A DNA stretch of 59,030 nucleotides, filler included, from Catajapyx aquilonaris (taxonomy: Eukaryota), in the NCBI GenBank assembly GCA_000934665.2. It is 2 parts of 2 records of this genome, joined end to end, with 100 filler letters (N's around TTAATTAATTAA, not from the genome) between each part and the next. Parts side by side here need not be neighbours in the genome. Positions count along the whole stretch, not along the records: positions 1 to 29,473 come from JYFJ02004787.1; 1 more part is not named here. One strand, 5' to 3'. The position numbers were made by a program, and so were the translations under genes. Below are positions 11,901 through 23,305 of this stretch, piece after piece. The notes under the pieces were generated by a model. It worked only from the letters and a program-made list of their open reading frames with translations, was not told where the DNA came from and searched no databases. The stretch's first letter is position 1, and every line of letters begins with the position of its first letter.

Positions 11901-14900
11901 GCTTTTCTTTTCTTTTCTTTCCAGTAAGGCATGTTGGCCACATGTGGGTTCAGACACTTGGAATTTCTGGGTGAGGGTAACATGGGTCACAGATTGCAGA
12001 GTAATTATAGAAAAAGAACTTGGATCAGCCTTCACCTCCCCATCCGGCGATTTCTTCTTCCATCCCCTTCCACACTCTTCCCTTCCTTCCTTGCTTTATC
12101 ACCCACCTCTCATTTTCCTCCCAGACCACCAGCCCACCATCATCACTTCCCAAATCCTCTTCCCAATGCTTCCCACATATCCACCGTATGTGCCACAATG
12201 TATCATTTTCTCTGCCCTCTCCACTTCCTCCCCCACACCCAGGGAGTATCGTTTCCAAGGCAAGAAAATTATTTTTGCAGAAGGAAAGAAAAAACCAACC
12301 AACCAACCAACCCACCCTTACCCAGCGGGACATCCTTAACTCTACTTTGAAAAAAATTAATAACTAGGAAAATGGGAGAAATAGGAAATTTAAGATGCTA
12401 CTGCTCCAAGACGCCAACTCTTCGTAAATTTTAGACCACGTTCCAAAAGTCATAATCCAAAGAGTTGGCTGCACTATACCACCCTCACGCCAGCAATGCA
12501 AGAAACGTCCTAGCTAAAAAATAGTCTCGAAACGGACTTCAACACTGATCAGTAAATATCCATTTAAAATATATTCCTTTGGTTAACATTATAGGCATTT
12601 CAAAAACACACTTGTAATATGAAATGGTCATTATTGGTTCAATGCAACAGCAACAATGTATAGCCTGAACTTCACAATGCCAAATCCTATGTTCCTTGCA
12701 TCACCAGGTAAAAACCCATCTGAACTTCTCTCATGTGAGGTTGCACAAACTGCTTTACAGTGAAAGAAGTTGCGGGATCAAGATAAGGAATTCAGTTGCC
12801 ATTCAAGTGCAAGTGGCAACTATTCCCAAGCATTGGCAGGCAGAGGTTACCCAAGGCAACAAGTAAAATGTCAAGATTAAGAAATAAACCCACAATCAAG
12901 CTTAATGGAGTAATCACAACCCCTTCCATCAATTTCGTGAAAGACGATGGCTACCTTTGCCCGCACGTCACTTGCAAAACAAAGTCAAAGTCATAACTTA
13001 ACACAAAGAAGCCTTATAGCTAATGAGCAGTAACATGGCAAAGAGTGGGGAAAATTGAAGGGCTGAGTTATAAGCAATGACAATTGCAATAGCGTACTGT
13101 TAATTTACAATTGGGCATAATAATTCAATTCATCAATTTACAACAGCTCTAAATTTCCAATGCATTAATTTGGGAAGTAATTTGATTATTGGCAACGATA
13201 CCATTTAAAAACAAGAAATTGAAGCTTATAAGTTACAAAATGTGTATGGCCATGATTTGCAAAAATGGACAGGTATTCATACTACATGCCACCACATTTT
13301 AGGCAATCCCTAACAAGTTTTACTGTCCCAAATGAACTGCCAATTGCCAGTACTTGCAATCCACACCCTTTAATCATCAAGTGAAATGCAGGAGGGTAAT
13401 AGGGACATGCCCCAATTTCCCCCTCCCAAAGAAGGTGAAAAAGGAAACACAAGCTGAATCCTTAAGGTAAAATCTAAACCACCAACCAACCAAACCCTTC
13501 CTCCACTCCCTTCTTTTTCTTCCATATACCCCACCTGTGTCCAATCTTTTCCTTGTGTTTGAGGAGCGCTTTCTCCGCTACTTCTTTGTTAACAAACTGT
13601 ACGTAAGCCTCCCCCGTACTGCGGCCCTGGTAGTCTGTCGGCAGGGTTATCCCGTTGGGTACAATCTCCAACCCTACCCACAAAGAACCCAACGAAATAA
13701 CCACAATACAGTCTTTTCTCCCTGCTCCCTCTCCACCTTCTTAAAAAATATATAAGCAATCATATTTCCCTTTCAATCATCCTAATTCTCATGAAAGCAG
13801 CACAGTTGTAATACAATAAAAAGGAGAGGATGTAAAGGATCACTGGAAGGGATGATTAATGTAAGGGTTTATTGAAGTGATCATATGCTACTCACAAACC
13901 CATAAAACTGGTTTAAAAGTATTGGCCTAGTCTTTACAGAGGAGGAGAAAAAAATTACCTCTTTTTTCAAAGCAAGCATTTATACTGCTACACACAAATC
14001 ATGTTCGTACAAATGATTGACCAGTGAAATATTTGCTTCAATTCTAATGCTCACCTCTCACAAGACAAAGAATTACTGAGTTGTCCAGTTCACATTATGT
14101 TTATATTTAGCAATCTCATCCTTTGAAATGTCAATCTTTTTCTTTAATTGAAAAGGACCAGATGACAGCCATTATTTCAATCACACTCCTTCCCCAGTTG
14201 AAACCAGGCCAATTGCCCCCACAAACTTGGTGCCCTTACTTTCCCCATAAAGAGGCTTCCACTTCTCAATTACTTTCTTTCTCTCTAAAGCATCCCCCTC
14301 CTTCAAGATGGTCAATAGCATTAATGATGGATATTTTTTTGAGTGATATTTGGGGCCAAAACCATTGTCACTTTTCAAAAAAGAGGATGGGGGAACCGCT
14401 TTCTAACTACTTCTGTGGAGTCCACTTAAAGCTACTGGTAAACCAGGTGTGCTGAAGAAAATTCATTGCCATTTACGTTATCCCAAATCATACGTGAACT
14501 GTGTGGCACAAAATTTCTGTAACTTTAGCAATCTTTAGAAACGGAAGATGCAAATGCCCACTCAGAACACACGGGGTCCTCATCCATCCAAATACATCTG
14601 TGTGACAGATCCCAACATAAGCAAACTTCTCTGCAGGACACCTGACTCAAACTTCCAAAAATTCTTGACTTCCCCTCACAAAGATCATTATGCTGAGGTA
14701 TTTCCCCAAAATCAGAAAAATTTGGAAACGTAATGTATACAAGAAACTAGATGCTCACCCTCACCTGAGAAGAACTGTGCTATCTCCTCCTTGGAGCACC
14801 CAAAAGGTAGCCCCCTCAGGCGCACACACCCGTCATCCATTGCATTCTGAAGATTCATGCCGCTTCTCTTCACTACCCACTCCATCTCAGAGCGCTTTGC

Positions 14901-16226
14901 TTTGAAAACTAGGGAAATCAAGAACGTCAGCGAGATTGGTCTCATTTCAAAATTCTGGTTATTCATTGCTGTGCACAACTCACCTTCAATGTAGCGGTGT
15001 CCCATATGTTCTTTGTCCTTCTTAAGAGCCTTCTCAAGGTCCTCATCTGTGTCCATTTCAATGTAGGCTTCCCCACTGGGCCTACCTTCTCGAGACATGG
15101 TCATGTGAACACCAGCTTTGCCTCCCTTTACTTCGCACTCTTCTGGAACCAGGTCAGATCATGGTCCTTTAATTCAGGAATCACTCCAAGGCACAAAAGA
15201 CAAATAGCATCTTCCCATTCATTTTACATTGGTCATCTTAAGGCATGGCAATGCATACAAAGACTTCAATCACACTTGCAATCACAGGCACAATTCAGAC
15301 AAACTCCAAGAGTATTGGGACCTGCCCATCCAATGATATCATCTCAATGCAACATGGTACAGTATGTGGAAGACCTGGGCTACCAAAGCACTGACGTACA
15401 ATTTTTTAAAGGCCTGCCTGAATCACTCTATAGACATGAACCCCTTTCCTCCTCAAAACAGAGTAAACTTGTATCAAAACTGAATAGCAAAAGTATAACG
15501 ATTTCATACCGTATTACCTACATATTGCGGCATGCCGGTATAACCCGGGGGTGGCCGGCATGTGGCAATAACCGAGGTAGATTTCCGTAATTTTTATCCT
15601 TGCCAAATTTTTTGGAATGCTTCTGGTACCATACTAAAATAATGTTACAATGAAAATGGGCAAGTGTACAGGCTGTGAGAATATGTCAGTTTTGTTGCAC
15701 AATGCATTAAAAAAATGTAGAGTGTAACTATGACCAATCCCATCGTCAGCCTGCTTTGACAGGGGAACCCCCTGCTCTAACATTCTGTTTAAATAGAGAT
15801 TATTGCCAAACACTGCGATTGAAAACATATGGTACAGGTACCCTATTTGGAAAATGTGCCTTTTCGATAGCCTTTAGGTGAATTTCGATTTTCAGGCAAA
15901 TGTCAAGTTCAGAAAGGATCATGTAACTTATGTGAAAACCTCGCCTTATACCGGCATAGCCACCAGATCATGAATTTCTAAAAACTGGTCGACCTCGCCG
16001 TCGGCATGCCGCAATATGAGAGGTAATACAGTAAATGATTGGCCAAAAAACCTTGCACCATATTCACAAGTCTTTGCAGCTAGAACAGTATGTTCCTCTC
16101 ACCAAAAAACTTGATGATTTCATCCACAGTGGCAGACCAAGGTAGGCCCCTCACTCGGATGACATAGTTCTCATCATCATGGTCCCCACTACTCCCCAAA
16201 TCAGCTTCCTTGGATCCGTTGCTCAT
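5909..16226 (-). CDS. HNRNPH1: Heterogeneous nuclear ribonucleoprotein F/H (glorund-like), three qRRMs, 9 coding exons
   Basis: Coding exons (minus) 16226-16103, 15142-14984, 14908-14765, 13673-13535, 10397-10237, 7323-7025, 6620-6501, 6408-6228, 6003-5909; phases consistent. qRRM motifs [10 protein letters not shown] / [15 protein letters not shown] / [15 protein letters not shown] / GRSTGEA / GRASGEA, HRYIE three times; Gly-rich linker. AATAAA (minus) at about 5706-5711. The symbol is the closest vertebrate family name; insects usually have one F/H gene. Confidence 0.95.
15509..16031. mobile_element. Tc1/mariner (pogo-like) MITE in an hnRNP F/H intron
   Basis: About 29-bp TIRs CCGTATTACCTACATATTGCGGCATGCCG / CGGCATGCCGCAATATGAGAGGTAATACAG, flanked by TA. 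Confidence 0.8.
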
Positions 16227-17587
16227 CTTGAGGCAGTTAGGTCAATCTTGTTTCAAACCTTTGTTCAAGTAGAAAAAAATAACAATGCTACAATACATGT
16301 AAAGCACATCCTATAAGAATCAGTAGCAAGAAATTTTCGCTCATTTTTCATCACACACATGCACAAACATGGCCAATTTAAATTCAAGTAAAAGTTTCAT
16401 ACCGTACCAAACTACCAGCATTTTTATTTATCATTAACAAAACAGGAGCCCCACATGAAAAAATAAAGTATAAAGCCTCCTTTCACATGTGAATTTTTTC
16501 TCCGCTCCTTGGGCAAATCCTATCATTTTCTTCCTCAAGGGAGCAATTTTGTCAGCATTTCAATTATTGCTTCTGCCAATCAGGTCAGGGGGGGAAATAA
16601 CTTGCCATTACAAGATATATTAAATTGGTTTACCATACCTAGAAGACCAAGATGCAACCATGATTTCGGAACCTATTTAGGTTAAGTTCATTAATGACAG
16701 CCCTTAATTTTTCCTCTCCATGACACCAGAAATAACGATCTAATCTCAGTTTCAAGAAACCCAACAAATCACAGTGCCAACCCTCATTATTAAATTAGTC
16801 TCCCAAACCACGTCTTACCTCTGCTCAGAAGAATCTAACAATGAGCAGTTTTCCCATTACCCGACACTTTGAAAGGTTGAAAAGAATACTCGTGCCAACA
16901 GTTATGATGCAAGGAAAATTGAATATTTTGGTGCCACGTAACTTCATATCCAACACCTCACACAATAACTAACGTCACTTCTGAAATTGAGCGCATGAGG
17001 AGAAAAGACTTTGCTCCTTGGAACAATGAAATGCTATTCTAGGAATGTGCTATTCTTGCTGTCAATGCTATTGAAGAGAAAAGAGCCAATAGTAATCATT
17101 GTGTATGACATCATGCATCACAATGAGTACATTCCTAAATTCCTTGGTACATTCACAATTGAAACGCTAACGAGTTAATTCTTCTTTCTTCACTTCTGCT
17201 TCTGTGGGAGCTAATATTGGCATTTGAAATCCCAATGCACTGATCTCGAAATGCAGGAATAGATATAAAATGCTGGTTCCAAGGCAAACTTTTGCAATGA
17301 TAAAACTAACCCCACCCTGACTTTTGACTGAAATGTGGATTATAAAGCCCAGCATTCTCATCCGAATTACGGTTTGCATGTTAAATGCCATTATGGACAC
17401 TGTGTCCTGATCTACAGCATGTACAGCCAGCCAGTGCCTTGTAAATAATTTTGGACTTAGGACTACACAAAATTTGAGACATATTTTGCTAACACACGTG
17501 GTTTTCCAGTAACTGTGCAAATGAAAGCACTTCTTTTTTCTTTGGGGTGGGGGGGGGGGGGATTCCCAAGGGAGGGCGCTCTTAAAT

Positions 17588-17785
17588 AGTTTCGTCATTT
17601 CAGACCCACTTAAATACCAGACCTTTTCTCTTGGCCCTGGGCAGAGAATGGAGTACGCAATTCTGCCTGGACATGCCAGGTGACAGTGGAAAAATACCTA
17701 ACCAGACAGAGGTGACGAGGACAAGTTTGAACCCCAGACCTCCCATTTGGCTGGCCAGTAGCATAGCCACTAGACCAAAGCCCCC
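17588..17785 (-). mobile_element. tRNA-derived SINE, family A copy 1
   Basis: TGGTCTAGTGG A box, GGTTCAAAC B box; aligns along its length with 32780-32974. Confidence 0.8.
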
Positions 17786-18350
17786 TGAAAGCAGACATAA
17801 CTAGTTTCAAGCTAGTTTCATATCCTGAGGAGCCTGCTCTGCTTCCTCATCATTTTGTTGCCATTTCAGGCAATAAAATACAAAATGCATTTCTTGACTC
17901 TCCCCAACAGCTTGTGTGTGCACTCCATGAGCCAAAGGCAATGTGCAACTATTGTTTACTCACTGCATGCATACTTTTCTATAAAAGTTATCAGTAGGCC
18001 TACTTTTTCATTTCATGAGTGCTAACCAGCCCACGGACACTTATACTACGTTCTGGCGTTATCAGCTGCCGAGGCATTTTGCACCTGGCGCTCTCAGGTG
18101 AGCGCCCGCTGCAAAACGCCCCGGCAGGGGGTGGGTGGGAGTGACCAGACCTTACTTATATGACCGTGGTGCTAACTATGGTTTTTTCTGGGGCACTCCT
18201 CCATTCTGTTGTCAACAAAGAGTTACGCTATAATATCAGTAACTATATACCTAGAGGAAGTACTCTCTATCCTTTCCCATTAACCAGGCTGAGCCAGTCG
18301 CCATCTTTACTTGGGTCATATTGATGTGCTCTCTCTAGGTATCATATATA

Positions 18351-20435
18351 CTGGTGGGGCAAAAGTCATGGGCGGATTAAAACACCGCAGCATGGCAAAA
18401 GTAACGAACAATTATACTTTAAAAAAATTACAGAGACAGATATGCCATTTATGGATCAAGGTCCAAAAAAGCCACTTCTTGAAAACAACACCGGATAGAT
18501 GTCCACCTTTGTGGGCAACACATTTACATTATTCCTCCAAGCGCCGGACAAACCCTTCATAACACGCTCCAGCATGTCCAGGGGAATGTTTCTCACGGCG
18601 TGTCTTATCTGATCAGCCAATGACTGAGGATGTGTGGCAAACACCAAACTCTTCAGGTACCCCCACAAGAAGTTGGGGGTGGTCCAATCCGGTAACTGCA
18701 ATGGCCATGGAATGTCCCCAAATATTGAAATGATCCGCCTAGGAAACATTTGACTTTCCATTTCTTTGGTGTTCGCCACACCTCCTCAGTCAGGATCAGA
18801 ATATGACCTGCTGTGAGAAACATTCCCCAGGACATGCTGGAGCGCATTATGAAGGGTTTTGTCGGCTTGGGTGCAGTTTAGAGCCACAAAAATCTTGCAG
18901 GTTTCTATACATTTTCTGAATCTACTCGATGAGCTTAGTCGAATGACATTATTCCTAGTATGCGGAAATGTTTGGTTCAAGAGTAATTGAATTTTGAGAT
19001 TGCATGTAATAACAATGAGTAAAATGAAAGTAAACAAGTGTTCCTTTGTTGAGACTGTTCACTCCCATTGTTGCGTCAGGTGATTCTCCGTGGAAACGTG
19101 AGAGATTTCATGGAAACTTGCTGTGAGGGATGCTGAATGATGTAAATAAACGGTTGTTCTTGGTTCGTTGGACATAGAACGAGAGTGTAGGAGTTTAATT
19201 TAACATCATTCAGGAATGTCCATGGCCGAGGCATCGGTGCTTATCAGGAATAATTGGGCAAGCCTTCCTGGAAGTAATGAGGGAGGTTGCTTGGTATCTC
19301 CTGGGCCACTGCTCGAGGCCTCTTGCCCGCCAACAAGTGTTGCCGTAAAAGGAATCCTAAGTTTTTACTCAAGGCATGCCCCACTCTGATTGTGTTGGCG
19401 TTATCTGTGAGGCGTTGGTGTGACCGCACCCAGTACTGTCCGTCTTGTGGCCCTGCCAGGCACGGTACGTCGCCTGTGCGTGATATTTTTTAGTTGTTGC
19501 GGAGCGATAGCGGAGCTGGGCGCTTATTGTGGGTTTCTGTATCCGCAACATTTACTGTCCGTCTTGTGGCGCCGCAGGCCAACGAACGTTATTGTGGCTT
19601 TGCCACACCCACATCAAGCAACACCCATATCTATGCCGCCACAATGCGGACAGTGATGCTAGTACAACCCCCAAATTACGTTTATATTCCTCCGCTTATT
19701 GTGTTGGTGTTATCTGTGAGGTGTTGGAGTGACCGCACCAGTACTGTCCGTCTTGTGGCCCCGCCAGGCACGGTACGTCGCCTGTGCGTGATATTTTTAC
19801 TTTTTGCGGAGCGAAAGCGGAGCTGGGCGCTTATTGTGGGTTTCTGTATCCGCAACATTTACTGTCCGTCTTGTGGCGCCGCAGGCCAACGAACGTTATT
19901 GTGGCTTTGCCACATCCACATCCGCAACACCCACATCTACGCCACCACAAGGCGGACAGTATTTCTGCGAACACACAACCCCCAAACTACGTTTGAAATT
20001 ACCATGGATATTCATTCACTCAACAATGGGAGTAAACTGTTTCAACAAAGGAACACTTGTTTATTTTCATTTATTCATTGTTATTACTTGCAATTTCGAA
20101 AGTCAGTTACTCTTGCACCAAGCATTTCCGCACACTAGGAATAGTGTCATTCGACTCATTTCATCGAGTAGATTCAGAAAATATATAGAAACCTGGAAGA
20201 CTTTTGCGGCTCTAAACTGCACCCTTACGGTTTTGTCTGGCGCTTGGGGGAATAATGTGGTGCCTGCAAAGGAGGACATCTACCCGGTGTTGTTTTCAAG
20301 AAGTGACTTTTTTGGACCTAGACCCATAAATGGAATATCTTTCTCTGTGCAGTGTAGTTTTTTAAAAATATAATTGTTCGTTACTTACGCCATGCTACGT
20401 CGTTTTAATCTGCCCATGACTTTTGCCCCACCCTA
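18351..20435. mobile_element. Tc1/mariner-derived long-TIR element with transposase relic and internal tandem repeat
   Basis: TA-flanked GGTGGGGCAAAAGTCATGGGC arms (about 18351-18555 vs 20230-20435 and 18875-19070 vs 20022-20222). Degenerate DDD C-terminus on minus 18560-18740 (IPWPLQLPDWTTPNFLWGYLKSLVF, cf. WPPRSPDL...FLWGYLK). Confidence 0.85.
19389..19996 (+). repeat. Two-copy tandem repeat, unit about 310 bp
   Basis: ATTGTGTTGG.GTTATCTGTGAGG... begins at about 19389 and again at about 19698; the copies are highly similar. Confidence 0.9.
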
Positions 20436-21183
20436 TATTATGGCAGAACTCTTTGGTTGTCAACCTCCCACCTTTAAAGTTTCCATGGAGATACCATAAT
20501 GCAGCAAAGTAAACAGTGTCAACAAACACTAACAGAAGGGAGCATCCTATTGTTGACACTATTTACTCCATTTTCTGAGAGAATTTATTGTTCCATAATT
20601 TTAAAAAGCCACAGTGCCATTCAGGGTATGGAAAAGTATCAAGTTTTCTTTCCCTTGCTGATGATGGCATGGACCACTAACTTATACCACATACCAGTAT
20701 TGTCGGCACACAAGTGATCCACACAGTCCAATTTTGTCAGGCTATTTTTAACATCAAGAAGCATTTTTCTGCTCCATCATCTAGTAAAGTCCTAACGATG
20801 TAAGGAGCCAGTAAGCCAAGTTTTTCTCTCTTCGCTTGCATGTAAACAAATGCAAGGTCAAATGTTTTGCTTATGATCATTTCGAAACTAGTAATTTGGA
20901 ACTGGTGTGCTTCACTTGTATCCCCAACGACATTGTGCATCCCACATCTGGAGCTCCCTCCAACCCTACCACATCTACTCCGCGGCCTAACCGGTTCCAC
21001 CCACAGTGCCTATTCCGCCCTCTCTCATCCGGCAAATCCCTGCGATTATTCCGCCAATCTCGCCGGCACCACTCCAAACCCCAGAATACCTGACCAGCGT
21101 CGCCAGACTGCGGAAGACCGGCCCCGGCAGCCCCGGGGGTTCACCCACGGAAGAGAACACAACAAGCAAAGCCAGGCGATTAC

Positions 21184-21430
21184 GTTCTGTTCCAAGATGG
21201 CGTCCCGATGCTGGCGTCTCTGTCCCTTTTTTTCCCCCGCCCCGTTCCATCCCGTGTTCTTCAGCCCCCTCCCTTCCCAACTGCCCATGTCCCTGCCCCT
21301 GAGTCGACCCCCTGTGCAGTCACCCTGCTCTACTCACTGTACCGTGGGAGGTTCGGTCCTGGTTGGAATTCGCCGGTTTGTTGTGCCGGGAAGAGAACGA
21401 CGCACCTCCTCGCTCGGCAACAGAAGAAAA
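21184..21430 (-). other. Probable non-coding first exon of the hnRNP F/H gene
   Basis: CpG-rich stretch ending in donor AAC|GTAATC (intron starts 21183), with YY1-type CGCCATCTTG just upstream of the donor and a pyrimidine-rich leader. It would splice to the acceptor at 16258. The 5' boundary is approximate. Confidence 0.6.
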
Positions 21431-22930
21431 AGAAATGGCGTGCCCTCTGACGTCACTAGGGAGACAAGGGAGGGGCTGGGGGAGGGGCAGGGGAGTGGGG
21501 GGAGGAGGAGGAGGGTCCGAGGGAAAAGCGGGGGTGGAAAATAGCATAGCGCACTATGCCGGGATGCTGGATAGTGTAAACGGATTCTGATTGGTCCAAA
21601 CTGGTACTGTGCGGAAATTTCAAATTGTTCAAAACCCTCCTGGGTAGTGTATAATCAAATTAAACTTAAAATTAATATATTTATTCAAAAAATTCGTCAG
21701 GAGGATTATATTGATAATGTGTGCCTATCTGCCAACCTGCATGGGCCTCTATTTGTGGCAAAGAAATAAAGTGTAAAAACTTTTCGAACATCCTTGTAAT
21801 AATTTTTGTCTCAGTATATTATTTTTTAATTCTGTCTTAGTCAATGTCAAACATTTTTGTACACATACTATTTTTGGTTAATTATTTTTATATTATTTTA
21901 TACTATCATGTGCCATATGTCACTCAATTACATAAAAGTAAAATAAGAAATAAGAAAAGAAAAAAAGAAAAAAAGAAACAAAAATTCTTCAAGTTATTTT
22001 ACTCTAACTGTAAGTGGGCTTTGTAAACTTGTACAGTGTGTTGACCAAGGTGTTGAATGTATGTAAATTGCTATGGAAGAATTTCCCTAGGTACATGTTT
22101 CCATGAAAATGGTTTTTTTTTTCATGTAATAGTTTACAGTTTATTTTACAGATAATTTTGTTATTGTTTATTTTGAGCATTTTATTATTATTATTTTTGC
22201 AATATACAGTATGCTCTTACTGACTTGATCCTTTGTAGAAGGTAAGTGGACTGTCCGCACAGCAAAGTATAAGGGTCTCTATCTCTTCCTGGGAGGTACT
22301 TTTCCACGGTAGGGGACATAAACTGCAAGCTGTGGTAAGTAGCTTTCTAGACTGACAGCTGATTTATTTCATGAGCATTCTCCTACGCGGTAGTGACAAC
22401 GACAAGCTGATAAGGGTGCTGTTTGTTATTGTCCTGCGCAAGGTCCTGCGCCAACATACGCTTGAATTACCCGCGAAATGATACTAGCTAGTGTGTTTGA
22501 AGAGTGGCCTGTTACAAAATCCATGTTCCCGATTGTCTACCGAAGTGAGCGTCGTGGTGCACGTTAATATGTAAAATATTTAATTTTAAAGTCTGCCGCG
22601 TGCATCTCCCCCTGGTGGAATAACATTGCAAGCAGACGGAAGTAGGGATGGGCAACACTACCAATCAGCTACTATCCAACTGCTATAACAGTTGCGAAAG
22701 AACGTTAGGTGCTTGCAGTGCCCTTGCTGATTAGACCGCTCGTGGAATCGGTGCAATGGACACGATTACTGCAGATTGGATTTCAGGACACGGAATCCGC
22801 CTTATGAAACATGCGTAGCCCGCTCGAAAGGAGCGAACACCCTGGTAGTTACCCTCGCTGCCATGAGGGGATGAAGGAGCAGCTGCGCTTGAAACGGCCC
22901 CCCTCCCCTGTCAGTGCGATCGGCCATATT
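21431..22930. promoter_or_regulatory. Divergent promoter region between hnRNP F/H (-) and MOB1 (+)
   Basis: Two CpG-rich blocks flank an AT-rich core. TGACGTCA at about 21448, CCAAT box at about 21589, CGGAAGT at about 22637, CCAATC at about 22661, CGGCCATATTG at about 22921. Confidence 0.55.
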
Positions 22931-23305
22931 GAAATACGTCAAAAAATGGACCGATTGTGACGGCACCGCAGAAGAAGAAGAAGCCCCAAAGAGATCCGTC
23001 TCCTTTATTTTCCAAGGGGAGGTCCCGCTTTTTTTTAAACAGAAATAGTTCGGGGACGGACGGACTGAGGAGGGAGGAGGACGCACGGAGTCTTCCTTTT
23101 TTTTGTATGCTGGAAACGGATGTGCCTTTCCTACTGCGTCTGAATTTTCGGGGGGGACCCCAGGGGAAGAGGACGGGAAGAAAAAGAGATTGGGCTGCTT
23201 CTTCGGGTTGGAGGCCCAGCCCAGGAACAGACAGGCGGAGAGAAAGAGAAGCGGGGGACCACGCCAACATATAACTGCAGAGGAGGAGAGAATTGACAAG
23301 CAGAG

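Larger units (their letters stand above)
18216..20455. mobile_element. P-element-like MITE (CAAAGAG termini) carrying a nested 2.1-kb element
   Basis: Termini CAAAGAGTT / AACTCTTTG, 8-bp TSD GTTGTCAA (18208-18215, 20456-20463); same family as 30048 and 39007. Confidence 0.8.

Noticed and set aside
19494..20373. ORFs with repeated YCPSCG motifs resembling zinc fingers
   Set aside because: They are translations of the DNA tandem repeat; indels between copies shift the frames.
20867..21544. 225-aa plus-strand ORF
   Set aside because: Lies in the CpG-rich promoter and first exon of hnRNP F/H, has a non-ATG start and shows no recognisable domain.
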